Below, in pieces: positions 21,068 to 34,552 of a stretch of DNA of 64,000 bases. Both the position numbers and the translations under genes were made by a program. The notes beneath the pieces were generated by a model. It was not told the origin of the DNA. It did not search any database and worked only from the letters and a program-made list of their open reading frames with translations. The DNA lies in NCBI GenBank assembly GCA_963817895.1, contig CAWFQB010000005.1:544001-608000 (forward strand), read 5' to 3'. Each line of letters opens with the position of its first letter. Within the stretch, counting starts at the first letter, position 1. The stretch is from an uncultured Chthonomonadaceae bacterium. GTDB taxonomy: Bacteria; Armatimonadota; Chthonomonadetes; Chthonomonadales; Chthonomonadaceae.

Positions 21068-21579
21068 AGTCTAAGGTCTTCTTTCTATAATGCGATGGGA
21101 ATATGGGATGGCAGTAATTTTCTATCTGCCTGAAGCGGACAGGTGTTTTATTTTATTATACCGCGCAGGGGCGCGAACCCTGAAGGTCAACAGGATGGTA
21201 TCTGTTCTCTGACAGGCAAAACGGGAACAATAATGCAGATGAGCGCGTCTGTTTTCCAGTCGCGCTAACCCCCATCGGCGCGTTTTCAGCAGAAAATCCA
21301 ATACTATCGCGTTAAACAATTCACGTTTTCCTGTGCCGCCGCCAAAATTTCCTGTTTTCAACGCGAATACGCAGGAAAACGCGCAGGCTATCTATAATCT
21401 AGCCTTGCAGACAACGACTTTTGAAGCTATTTTGAATTAATGCTGTCTGGATGCGCGACAAAGCGAAGCAATCGGGTATTCTTTTCAGAACGCCCCGCTT
21501 GCTCCTTGCTTATTCCTGAATTGAGGAAACGCCGGACAGCGCCCCTGAACAACCCAGAACCCTTTGGAGGAATGAAACC

Positions 21580-22452
21580 GTGAAAACCAATATGCAGCGT
21601 AACCTGATGTGCGCCTTTGCCGGAATGTTGAGTCTGGCCGTCGCCGCGTCCCTGACCACGCCCGCCAACGCGCAGGCCAAAATGAAAAAGCAGAAGAGCG
21701 CTCCCATGCAGAAAGACAGCATGATGAAGAGCGACAAGATGCAGGGCAACATGATGATGGACAAGAACGCCAGCGCGGAAGAGCATCGCATGCAGACGCT
21801 GGGCGAAAAGTTCGGCGATTACAAATACATTGATCCCGCGCCCCTGAACTATCCGATGGCCGCGCCCGACTCGCTGGACATTTACCATTTCGACAGCTAC
21901 ACCGGCGACCGGATTATGGCTGGCTCCGTTGTGGATCATCGCATGGACAAAATGATGATGGCGGACAAGACGGCCATGAAGATGGACAAGATGAACCATC
22001 GCATGACGCGCGGCGCGTACTACGATGATCCCTTTACCGCCGATCCCGCGCCCGTCAACTACCCGCTCGCCGCGCCGTCCAGCCTCGACCTGTACCATTT
22101 CAGCGACTATACGATGAATGAACTGCGCACAGGCTCCGCCACCGACAAAAAGATGGACAAGATGATGATGCAGGACAAAATGGTGCCGGGAAGCCGCTCG
22201 TTCTCGCGCCAGTCCTACTACGACAACCCGTACATGGCCGATCCCGCGCCCGTCAACTACCCGCTCGCCGCGCCTGCCAGCCTCGACCTGTACCATTTCA
22301 GCGACTACACCATGAATGAACTGCGCACAGGCTCTGCCGCTGACACAAAGATGGACAAGCAGATGATGAAAGACAACATGACGCCGGGCAGCGGCAAAAT
22401 GGACAAGATGGACAAAGGCGCGAAAAAGTCTTCCGGCAAAATGAAGAAGTAA
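21580..22452 (+). CDS. secreted Met/Lys/Asp-rich repeat protein
   Basis: GGAGG RBS and GTG start; signal peptide; MXKD/MDKM runs; three DPAP.NYP.AAP.SLD.YHF..YT repeats. Confidence 0.8.
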   Translation: MKTNMQRNLMCAFAGMLSLAVAASLTTPANAQAKMKKQKSAPMQKDSMMKSDKMQGNMMMDKNASAEEHRMQTLGEKFGDYKYIDPAPLNYPMAAPDSLDIYHFDSYTGDRIMAGSVVDHRMDKMMMADKTAMKMDKMNHRMTRGAYYDDPFTADPAPVNYPLAAPSSLDLYHFSDYTMNELRTGSATDKKMDKMMMQDKMVPGSRSFSRQSYYDNPYMADPAPVNYPLAAPASLDLYHFSDYTMNELRTGSAADTKMDKQMMKDNMTPGSGKMDKMDKGAKKSSGKMKK

Positions 22453-22490
22453 CCCGCGCAAAGTATTTTTGCCGTTTTCCTGAATTTTGC

Positions 22491-22640
22491 TTGCACAGGA
22501 CGGCTTGCGTGTGGTAACATTAAACTACATTTCTGGTTGACAGATGCGAGGGGCTGCAAACGCGGTCCGGCGCTTGATGTAGGCCGGTATCCTGATGAGA
22601 CTGCCCCGCGTGGCAATTCTCGCCGCGATACCGGCCTTTC
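22491..22640 (+). promoter_or_regulatory. promoter plus structured 5' leader upstream of DUF2294/kdp
   Basis: TTGCAC-18-TAACAT with upstream TG; hairpin AGGCCGGTATC...GATACCGGCCT followed by TT. Confidence 0.45.
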
Positions 22641-22661
22641 GCGTGTTCTGGAACGGATGTA

Positions 22662-23033
22662 ATGAACCGACCGACGAAGGGGACTCTGGAAGCCGAAATC
22701 GCCAACGCCATTACGCGCTTTCATCGGGAACAGCAGGGACGCGGACCAACGGATGTGCGCGCGCACCTGATAGGCGATCTGGTTCTGGCGCGTTGCGCGG
22801 GGATTTTTACGCCCACCGAAGCGCGATTGGCGGTCACGGACGAGGGCCGCAAACTTATCAAAAGCGCGCGTCAGGAGTTGCGCAGCATCAACCATCTGGA
22901 AATAGAGGGCATTGTTGCCGCTCTTGTCGGCTGTCCGGTACTGCGCAGTTACTGCGACGTGAATACCGAAGTCGGGGAACAGATGGAAGTGTACGCGCTG
23001 GAAGCCGACATAGAAAAGCGGCTGGCGCGGTAA
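22662..23033 (+). CDS. DUF2294 / MpsC-family protein
   Basis: KGTLEAEIANAITRFHREQQGRGP..VR, FTPTEARL, GRKLIKSARQEL. Confidence 0.85.
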   Translation: MNRPTKGTLEAEIANAITRFHREQQGRGPTDVRAHLIGDLVLARCAGIFTPTEARLAVTDEGRKLIKSARQELRSINHLEIEGIVAALVGCPVLRSYCDVNTEVGEQMEVYALEADIEKRLAR

Positions 23034-23308
23034 GAACTTGAGATAGAGAATTTTACAGGATTTGCGGTTGCCATGAGGAGGGGTAAGTTTTAGGCTTACC
23101 TGTCTGAGCGGAGGCCGAAGTTCGCAGACATGGAAACGTTTTCGCGTTTCTTGTGTCTTGCGTAACTTCGGCCTCTTTTTGTTTGCAAACCTGAAAAGCT
23201 TCATTCCTCGCAAGGAAAGAGTGACTGTAAGAGGGGTTGAACCCTTAAATAGCCCCTCTCCTAGCGAGGAACGAGCGACCAGGAGAGGGGTTGGGGTGAG
23301 GTAAATTC

Positions 23309-23392
23309 ATGCAGGACATTTTCTACACGGTTATCATTGTTGTTTTCTTCGCCGCCACCGCCGCTTATGTGCGCGGCTGCGACAAACTCTGA
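23309..23392 (+). CDS. 27-aa membrane peptide upstream of kdpF (not in ORF track)
   Basis: MQDIFYTVIIVVFFAATAAYVRGCDKL; GAGG RBS; resembles the xxGC(D/E)xL-ending peptides that precede kdpF in some operons. Confidence 0.7.
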   Translation: MQDIFYTVIIVVFFAATAAYVRGCDKL

Positions 23393-23404
23393 GGAGAAAC
23401 GGTT

Positions 23405-23491
23405 ATGTTCGATTACCTTTGGACAGGCGCGGTCGCTCTTCTCCTCCTCGCCTATCTACTGTACGCGCTGCTGAAGCCGGAGCGTTTTTAG
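23405..23491 (+). CDS. kdpF: K+-transporting ATPase subunit F
   Basis: MFDYLWTGAVALLLLAYLLYALLKPERF with the YL.YALL.PE.F signature; GAGGAG RBS. Confidence 0.92.
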   Translation: MFDYLWTGAVALLLLAYLLYALLKPERF

Positions 23492-23570
23492 AGCCTACAT
23501 CAACAGGTTCCCTTCTCCCAAATCTGGGAGAAGGGGTTAGGGGTTGAGGGCTTTTACCGGGAGGAACTCT

Positions 23571-25438
23571 ATGACACCCAATGGCGTCATCCAAATTTTA
23601 CTGTTTTTTACGCTGATCATGCTGGTGACGAAACCGCTCGGCGCGTACATGGCTCGCGTGTTCGATGGCGAACGGACACTCTTGTCGCCGCTCTTTCGCC
23701 CGATTGAAAAACTCTTCTACGGCATGTTCGGCGTCCGTGAAGAGGAGGATATGAAGTGGACGACGTATGCCTTCGCCATGCTGATGTTCAGCGTGGTCGG
23801 CATCGTGTTCACCTATATCCTGCTGCGCTTTCAGGGACACTTGCCTCTCAACCCCAAAGGTTTCAGCGGCAAGGACATGACGCCCGATCTCGCCTTCAAT
23901 ACGGCGAACTCGTTCGCGACCAATACCAACTGGCAAGCCTATGTGCCGGAAACAACCGTCAGCTACTTTTCCAATATGGTGTCGCTTGCCATTCACAACT
24001 GGATGTCGGCGGCGACTGGCATGGCGATTGCGATTGCGCTTGATACGCGGTTTTGCCCGACGCTCGGCAAACGGCATCGGCAACTTCTGGGTGGATATGA
24101 CGCGCTGTACGCTGTACATCCTGCTGCCGCTTAGTTTTGTCGCCGCGCTGCTTTTCGTGTGGCAGGGCGTCCCGCAGAACTTCCACGCTTATACCGATGT
24201 GAAAACGCTGGAGGGCGCGGCGCAGTCCATCGCGCAGGGCCCGGTCGCTTCGCAGGAAGCCATTAAGATGTTAGGCACGAACGGCGGCGGCTTTTTCAAC
24301 GCCAATAGCGCGCACCCGTTCGAGAACCCGACGCCGCTTGCCAACCTTGTTGCAGATGTTTCTGATCTTCTGCATCCCCGCCGGCCTGACGTACACATTC
24401 GGCAAAATGGTGGGTAACACCAAACAGGGATGGGCGCTGTTCGGAGCCATGTCCGCGCTGTTCTTTACGGGCGTGTTCGTGTGCTACGGAGCCGAGTCCA
24501 AAGGCGTGCCGACTGCGGCAAGCGCGGCGCACATTCTGACCGTAGATACGGGAACGCAGCCCGGCGGCAACATGGAGGGGAAAGAAACGCGCTTCGGCAT
24601 CGCCAATTCCGCCCTGTTCGCGACCGTGACAACAGATGCAAGCTGCGGCGCGGTCAACAGTATGCACGACAGTTACACGCCGCTTGGCGGCATGGTTCCC
24701 CTGTTCAACATTATGACGGGCGAAATCATCTTCGGCGGCGTGGGCGCGGGCTTGTACGGAATTCTGATGTACGCGATTATCGCGGTCTTCATTGCCGGCC
24801 TGATGGTCGGGCGGACGCCGGAATATCTGGGCAAAAAGATCGAGCAGTACGAGGTGAAAATGGCGATGCTGGCCGTCCTGGTTCTGGCTGCCGACATTCT
24901 GTGCTTTACGGCCATTTCCACCAACCTGAATATCGCGCCGGGAGCCACGTCGCAGACGTTTACCGACAAGCAGACAGCGGATGAGAGCAAACTGACGCAG
25001 CAGTTCCCGTCCGCGCAGTGGAACCACGTCAACAACAGCAGTCCGAGCAACTACTACGGCGCGACCTACAACAACCAGAACAACAGCGGGGCGCACGGCT
25101 TCTCGGAAATCCTGTACGCCTACACGTCGGCAACGGGCAACAACGGTTCGGCCTTCGCGGGCATCACGGCGAACACGCCCTACTACAACCTGACGCTCGG
25201 TATTGCCCTGCTCATCGGGCGCTTTATGATGATTATTCCGCTTCTGGCGATTGCGGGCAGTCTGGCAAAGAAGAAGTTCGTACCCGAATTGGCAGGCACG
25301 TTCCCGACAGACAGCGCGACGTTCAGTATCCTGCTCGTCGGCGTGGTTCTGATTGTGGGCGCGTTGACGTTCTTCCCGGCGCTCGCCCTCGGCCCCATCG
25401 TGGAACACTTCCAGATGCTTGGCGGCAAGACGTTTTGA
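23571..25438 (+). CDS. kdpA: K+-transporting ATPase subunit A (two +1 frameshifts near 24040 and 24346)
   Basis: [69 protein letters not shown] across three frames. Confidence 0.93.
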
Positions 25439-25540
25439 CCACAGATTACACAGATTACACAGATTAGCAGATAGGCGATCTGCGCGGAGTAGACGCTAAA
25501 GCTTATCCCGTGAAATCTGTGTAATCTGTGTAATCTGTGG
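25439..25540. repeat. inverted 9-mer arrays (CACAGATTA)n/(TAATCTGTG)n between kdpA and kdpB
   Basis: Seen directly. Confidence 0.85.
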
Positions 25541-25555
25541 ATAAGGACACCAACT

Positions 25556-27685
<2,130 letters not shown>

Positions 27686-27697
27686 AAGGAGCCTTCC

Positions 27698-28354
27698 ATG
27701 TTACAACAACTGCGCGCCGCTGTGGTCAGCGTGCTGGTGATTACGGTCTTAACGGGATTGATTTTCCCGCTTGCGATAACGGCGATTGCCGGAGTGGTCT
27801 TTCCCCGACAGGCGAACGGCAGCCTGATCGAGCAGAATGGCAAAGTGGTGGGTTCCGCGCTCATCGGCCAGAACTTTGCCGCGCCGGGTTACTTTCATCC
27901 GCGCCCTTCCGCTGCGGGCAACGGCTACGACGCGGCCAATTCGAGCGGCACGAACCTGGGGCCGACAAGCGATAAACTGATTAACGGCATCCACAAGAAG
28001 ACGGCGGATGGCAAGGACGATCCGGGCAACTTCGACGGCATCAAAGACCTTGCCGACGCTTACCGCAAAGAGAACAATCTGTCGCCCACACAGGACATCC
28101 CTGCCGACGCCGCCACCCGTTCCGCCAGCGGACTGGATGCGGAAATCAGCCCCGCGAACGCGGAATTGCAAATCGGGCGCGTCGCCAAACAGCGCGGGTT
28201 GGGCGAAGATCAGGTGAAGAAACTTGTCGAGGAGAATACGGCAGGCCGTCAGTTGGGCGTGTTGGGCGAACCCCGCGTCAACGTTCTCAAACTGAATCTC
28301 GCCATAGACCAGGCCGCGCCCGGTAAATCCGGCGCGACGCCGCCAAGCCCGTAA
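27698..28354 (+). CDS. kdpC: K+-transporting ATPase subunit C
   Basis: QANGSLI, GSALIGQNF, YFHPRPSA, SASGLD, LGEPRVNVLKLN. Confidence 0.95.
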   Translation: MLQQLRAAVVSVLVITVLTGLIFPLAITAIAGVVFPRQANGSLIEQNGKVVGSALIGQNFAAPGYFHPRPSAAGNGYDAANSSGTNLGPTSDKLINGIHKKTADGKDDPGNFDGIKDLADAYRKENNLSPTQDIPADAATRSASGLDAEISPANAELQIGRVAKQRGLGEDQVKKLVEENTAGRQLGVLGEPRVNVLKLNLAIDQAAPGKSGATPPSP

Positions 28355-28514
28355 CTTTTACGCGGGACATAAACCTCTTTCGCAAGTCCTTGCCGGCGCG
28401 GCAGGTTCTATCGCATCCGACAGACTTATGAAAGAGGTCTACTGCTTCAGTGAAATAACCATTTATCCGTGTGACTATTCCTGAACTTCGACGAAGGAGT
28501 TTGTAGGGAGAAAA

Positions 28515-29923
28515 ATGAAGAAGGTATTGAGGACGAGCGCGAATTTCATTCAGAACGGCAAGGCAGGCGCAATACTGGCCGCCGCTCTGCTTACCATGAC
28601 GGCTGCGGCAAAAGCGGAGGATACCGCTGCCAAGCCGGACAAACCCACCCCTGCGCCGGTTCAGGCCGCGCCCGCGCAGAACAACCCGCCGCAGACGAGT
28701 ACGCCGCCACAGAAGCCCGCCGAAGGCCAGCCTGCCGCGCCCGCCGCGCCTGCCGCCACGCCGCCCGGAACCGTGACGTACTCCGGCCTCATTGACGTGT
28801 ACTACGGCGTCAACGCCCGCGCCCCACATAGCCCCGCGGGCGGAGGTCCCTTCGGCAAATCTTACGCCGGCCTTGTCTTCCCCAATGGCGAACGCTTCGG
28901 CATTGACAACGTGGGACGCTCCTTCGATGTCAATGACCGCGAACCCTCATTCAGCCTGGGCGAGTTCAACATTACGCGCACTGAAGGCAAAGGCTTTCCG
29001 CTTGGCGTCACCGCTACGCTCACGCTGGGCGATACCGCCCGTCTTGTCCACGCGACGGAACCTGGCGGCACGAGCAGTTGGCAAACGTTGCAGCAGTTGT
29101 ACCTGACCAAAACCATTCATGCGGGCGGACGCGATATTGCCATTGACGGCGGCATCTTCGTTTCGCCCATCGGCATCGAGGTGATTGAGAGTACTAGCAA
29201 CGACAACTACTCGCGCAGTTTCGCGTTCAATACGGTACGCCGCTCTACCATGCGGGTTTTCGCGCCACCCTGCCCCTGTCGTCGAAATTGCAGTTGATGG
29301 GCGCAATCGTCAACGGCTGGAACAACAACGCGGATGACAACGACGGCAAAACCGCTATCGCGCAGCTAACATGGAAGCCGACGGGCAAGTTCACGGGCAT
29401 AGCCAGCTTCATCGGCGGTTCGGAAGGCACGGGCGCGTATGGCCCCGTCTTCGCCCCCAAAAATCAGGCGGGCATCAACACCTACCTGTACGAGGCGCAG
29501 GGTATCTTGCAGGTGACACCGGCCTTAAAACTCTCCGGCGTCGTGGATTATGGAACCGCGTCGGGACACACGCTGCTTGGCGTTCCCGGCGGCGCAACGG
29601 CGCAGGGGCATGTTTCCGGCACATGGCTGGGCGTGGGCGGGTACGCGCGTTACCAGATCAACTCGAAACTGGCGCTGGCCGGACGTATCGAGCAATTCGA
29701 CGACAATGCGGGCGCGGGCGGCGTGGGACTGCGGACGGGCGGGCTGGGCTATAACCGCCTGCGCGAAGGAACCGTGACGCTGGAATACGCTCTCCTGCGC
29801 GGCCATCTCATCTCGCGTCTGGAATACCGCCACGACGCTTCCAACCAGAACTTCTTCGGCGCGGGAAGCAACGCCGTCCGCGATCAGGACACCATCTACG
29901 GCAGCGCGGCGTACAAATTTTAG
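28515..29923 (+). CDS. outer-membrane beta-barrel porin (DUF1597/BBP2-like), frameshifted near 29240-29270
   Basis: Signal peptide, SGLIDVYY, SPIGIEVIES..NDNYSRS, VNGWNN, RLEYRHD, C-terminal YKF. Confidence 0.8.
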
Positions 29924-30041
29924 TTTGCAGCGTATAAAAGGCTATCTATAATCGGACAAGCGCATTTTACGCCACTCCGGTAGCAAGATAGGCCGGTAAC
30001 GGCGGCACGTTTGTTGGATACGCCGAAAGGGGGTGATTTTC

Positions 30042-30107
30042 ATGTCCAAGAAGAAAGATGACAAGAAGGGAAAGAAGAAGGGCGACAAGAAAGGTAAGAA
30101 GAAATGA
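30042..30107 (+). CDS. 21-aa lysine-rich peptide (not in ORF track)
   Basis: MSKKKDDKKGKKKGDKKGKKK; AAGGGGGTG RBS; TTGCAG-16-TATAAT at 29925-29952. Confidence 0.55.
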   Translation: MSKKKDDKKGKKKGDKKGKKK

Positions 30108-30110
30108 TTC

Positions 30111-30199
30111 TCAGGTGTCAGGTGTCAGGTGTCAGGTGTCAGGTAATTCCTACTAAATGTAGTCTCTTCCTGAAACCTGAAACCTGAAACCTGACACCT
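30111..30199. repeat. inverted heptamer arrays (CAGGTGT)n/(CTGAAAC)n
   Basis: Seen directly. Confidence 0.88.
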
Positions 30200-30212
30200 A
30201 CAAAGGCTGTGC

Positions 30213-31832
30213 ATGAACCTGAACGTCACTCCGTTTTTCTGGCTGATTTTGATTGCGTTTATTGTCGCGCTGGCGGCGCGGCGCGTGAAGGTTCCCTACG
30301 CCCTCGCGCTGGTTGTCACGGGGCTGGTATTGGGAGCGGCGCATCTGCTGCCGCACACGCATCTGGAACCGTCGCTGCTGTTTACCGTGTTTTTGCCGCC
30401 CCTGTTGTTCGAGTCGGCGATGCACTGCGATGGAAGACTTGAGGCGGGACTGGATGCCCATCGGCATTTATACCCTTGCGGGAACAGTGCGTCCACCTTT
30501 ATTGTCGGCGGGTTGACCGCATGGGGACTGCATATTCCTTTCGCGGCGGGGTGCGTGTTCGGCGCGTTGATTTCGGCGACCGACCCGATTTCGGTTATCG
30601 CCATTTTCAAGCGGTTGGGCGCGGGCAAGCGCCTGACGCTGATTATGGAGGCGGAAAGCCTGTTCAACAACGATACCGCTGTGGTGCTGTTCGCCGTCAT
30701 GCTGCGGCGTAATGGCGGGCGGCAAAATTTCGCTGATGCAGGGTATCGGGCAGTTTGTGCAGTTGGTTGCCGGGGGCGCGGCGTTGGGAACCGCGATTGG
30801 CCTGTTTGGCGTCCCGCGTCCATAACGAATTAAACGATCATCTGGTGGAAATCACGCTTACGACGGTTGTGGCGTTTGGCTCATATCTGTGCGCCGAAAC
30901 GCTGCACGTATCGGGTGTTATGGCGGTCGTGGCGGCGGGGCTGGTGATTGGCAATGTGGGGATGCAGACGGCCATGACGCCCGGTACGCGCCTGGCCGTA
31001 ACCGCGTTCTGGGAATACGCCGGGTTTGTGGTCAATTCCATTGTGTTCCTGCTGGTCGGCATCGAAGTGGGGTTCGTGGATTGGCGGCACAAAATCGGTC
31101 TGGCCTTGGTTGCGGTCGTTATCGTCCTGGTCGGACGGGCCGCGATTTATCCGATTTCGCTGGTGGTGAACCGCTTAAAAGGGGATGTTCCCCTGTCGTG
31201 GCAGCATGTGCTGTTTTGGGGCGGATTGCGCGGCGCGCTTTCAATGGCGTTGGTATTGGGGCTGGATAAAGATTTTCCGCAGCGGGAAACGCTGGTGGCG
31301 GGAACGTTCGGCGTGGTGCTGTTTTCCCTGCTGGCGCAGGGGCTGACGGTCGGGCCATTGATGAATAAGCTGGGCCTGTCCAACGCGCAGCATCACGAAC
31401 CCAAAGACCATCGGCGGCTGGCGAATGAACTGGTGGCGTGCCAGGCGGCGATTGCCGAATTGGAGCATCTGCGCGCTGACCGAAGCCCACGCGAACTGGT
31501 CTATCGAACTGCTGATGCGCGATTATCGCGCGCGGCTTACCACGCTGGAACAGGCGCTGGAAGAGGTACAGCCGGGCCATAAAGTTCTGCACCGCAAACA
31601 GGCAGCGCGCGCGAAACGGCTGGCGCTGCAAGCCGAAAAAAGCTCTTTGCAGGAAGCCGAGCGGCAAGGCTGGCTGGACGAAGACGACTGGCGCGACCTG
31701 TCCGCCCGCATTGATGGGGAACTGCTGGCATTACATGGGGAGGAAAGTGATAAGATGATCGAAGCTGTAAGGAATAAGCAGGATGCAATCTTGCACTTAT
31801 GCTTGCCTCATCCCTTACACCTTAACCCTTAG
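30213..31832 (+). CDS. CPA1 Na+/H+ antiporter (NhaP/NhaG-like), multiple frameshifts
   Basis: FLPPLLFES, FGALISATDPISV, EAESLFNND, HVSGVMAVV, WGGLRGALS across frames; 3' end approximate. Confidence 0.85.
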
Positions 31833-31847
31833 CGCTTATCTAAACAC

Positions 31848-33697
31848 ATGCAAAACCTGAAAACGCAATTATGGGTAAGTCACCTGCTTCTGGTGCTGCT
31901 GCTGGTGCTGGTGATGGCGGGGGCGATTGTTAATTTTGTTCGATTGGGGCGTTCCGTGGACCGCATCCTGAAGGACAATTACAAGAGCGTGATTGCCGCG
32001 CAGGATATGAAAGAAGCGCTGGAGCGGCAGGACAGCGCGGCGACGTTTTTCCTCGCGGGGCAGGCGCAGAAGGCGCGTGACCAGTATCAGGCGAACTGGA
32101 CGCGGTTTCGGGACGCTTATCAGATCGAAGCGCACAACATCACGGAGCAGGGCGAACAGCAGATTGCGGATGACATCGGGCGCAAGTTTACCGCGTATCG
32201 TCAGAATGTGGAACGACTGCTGTACGCCAGTCCCGCCATGCCGCCGGAAGCAGGCGCGGACGTATTACTTTGGCACATTGGAGCCGGACTTTACGCGCTT
32301 GAAGCAGCGGGCGCAGGACGTGCTGGATATAAATCAGCAGGCGATTGTGCAGGCGGACGAACAGGCCAAAGCGGAAGCCCGCCGCGCCTCGTTTAACAGT
32401 ATCGCGGTGACGGTGGGCGCGTTCGTTTTGTCCCTGCTGCTTGTGCCCTGGACGATTCGGCGCTACGCTGCTCGCCATTGCGGTCGCTTGCGCGGCAGGC
32501 CGAAGAGATCGGCGTGGGGCATTTGAATCAGCGCATTGAACTGAACCGCGCCGGATGAAATCGGCGCACTGGCCGCCGTCATTCAATCAGATGGCGGAAA
32601 AATTGCGGGACGCGCGGCAGGTGGAAGAGCGAGCGGCTGCATCTGGCGGAGCGCATGTCGGATGCCGCGCTGGAGAGTTTGTACGACCCGGTGATCGTGA
32701 CCAATGGCGCGGGACGGATCGCGCATCTCAACCCGGCTGCGGAGGGTTTGTTCGGCCCGGTGGCAAAGGCAAAATCGCGTCCCATTGCGCAGGTCGTGGA
32801 GGACAAAGCGATAGCGGATGCCGTGACGCGGGCCATTCATCAGGAGCGGGTTTCGGCTGCGGAAGACGAGGCCGGGTTTGTCACGCGCAAAATGGGCGAA
32901 GTGGAGCGCGCGTATCGCCTGCGCGCCAGTCCCATGCGCGACGAGGATGGCAGCGTGTTGGGAGCCGTCGTCGTGCTGGAAGACATCACGCATCTGCGCG
33001 AACTGGACCGATTGAAAACCGAATTTATCGGCGTGGCGTCCCACGAACTGCGAACGCCCGTGACCAGCCTGCTGCTGTCCGTGCAATTGCTTCAGGAGGG
33101 CGCAGTCGGGAGAACTCACGCCCGACCAGAAGGAAGTAATCGCCGCGCAGCGCGACGATCTGGAACGGCTGGAACGCATGATGCGCGACCTGCTGGACGT
33201 GACCCGATCTGGAAGCGGGCGTGACGCCGCCCCGCTTTGAGATTGTCCCATCCGGACGAGTTGGCGACAGCGGCGATGCAGGCTGTGGACGCTTCCGCGA
33301 ACGCAAAGGGCGTAGAACTGAAGCGCGATTGGCCGGACGACTTTGCCTCCGGTTCGCGCCGACCGCAATCAGATCACGCGCGTTCTGGTCAATCTGCTCA
33401 ACAACGCCGTTCGGCATACGCCCGCCGGGGGAAGCGTCACCGTCCGCGTTCATCAGGAGCGGCGAGCGTGATTGTTTTCAGGTAGCAGACACGGGAACGG
33501 GAATTCCCGCCGATTACTTGCCGCACATTTTCGAGCGGTTCGTGCAGGTTCCGGGCGCAACGCGGGGCGGCGCGGGGTTGGGCTTGTCCATCGCCCAAAC
33601 CATATCTGAAAGCGCATAACAGCGAAATCAAAGCCGTGGAAAGCGAGCCTGAGGTAAGGGAGCGACCTTCACGTTCACATTGCCGCAAAGTCAATAA
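31848..33697 (+). CDS. membrane sensor histidine kinase (4-helix sensor, HAMP, PAS, HisKA, HATPase), multiple frameshifts
   Basis: ILKDNYKSVIAAQ, ASHELRTP, VADTGTGIP, GAGLGLSIA across frames. Confidence 0.85.
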
Positions 33698-33715
33698 GAG
33701 AGCAAGGGTAAGAAA

Positions 33716-34475
33716 ATGGCGCGTATTCTGATCGTGGATGATGAAAATAACATTCGCATGATGGTTCGATTGGCCTTGCAGCACGTCGGGCATACCGTAG
33801 AAACAGCGGCGGATGGCACGGAAGGTCTGCAGAAATTCGGCAACGGCAGCAATTTCGATCTGGTGTTGCTGGATCAGCGGATGCCGGGATTGGAGGGGCT
33901 GGATGTTCTCAAGCAGATGCGCTATCAGCATCCTACCGCTAAAATCATCATGGCGACCGCGTTCGGCACGATTGACCTGGCGGTAGACGCGATGAAATCG
34001 GGCGCGACCGACTTCCTGCGCAAGCCCTTCACAGCGGAAACCCTGCGTGGAGCCGTTCAATCCGCTTTAAAGGACAACGCATTCCAACGCCCAACGCCCC
34101 AACACCCGACACCCGACAGCCCGTTCCGGCGTAACGTTCGGCTCCACGACAATCAACGGCTTTCGTATCGAGTTCAAGGCCGGGTCGGGCCAGCACATCG
34201 GCGGCGGGTTCCGGCAGGTGTTCACGGTGCGCAGTCCGGGCGGCGAAAACGCGGCCTGCACGGTGGACTTGCCCGCGTATGTGACGGAACTGGTGAAGGC
34301 GCATGCCGACTGCGAACAGATGCCGGGCAATGACCGTTTCTGGCAGGCGTTGTGCGAGGAAGCGCTGGCAAACCATCTGTGGCAAAACGCCGAACTGCCC
34401 GCCAATTCGCAAATGCGCATCGAAGAATTGACGACCGGGCTACGGCGTTTTGTGGATACAGTGATGGCGGCGTAG
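33716..34475 (+). CDS. response regulator with atypical C-terminal domain (frameshift near 34126)
   Basis: ILIVDDE, LLDQRMPG, TAFG, FLRKPF; frame continues into ...GNDRFWQALCEEALANHLWQ. Confidence 0.85.
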
Positions 34476-34552
34476 TCTGAAGCCCTCATCCCCAACCCTT
34501 CTCCAACTTGGGAGAAGGGTGGGATGGCTTGAAATTTTCGGGAAAGGCGACA

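Noticed and set aside
21427..22461. Long antisense ORFs (also 13410-14438, 24296-25408, 18075-19112, 63067-63900)
   Set aside because: Shadow frames of well-supported genes on the opposite strand in GC-rich DNA
22590..22625. Hammerhead ribozyme (CTGATGAG followed by a stem)
   Set aside because: The required GAAA after stem II is absent (GCCG instead)
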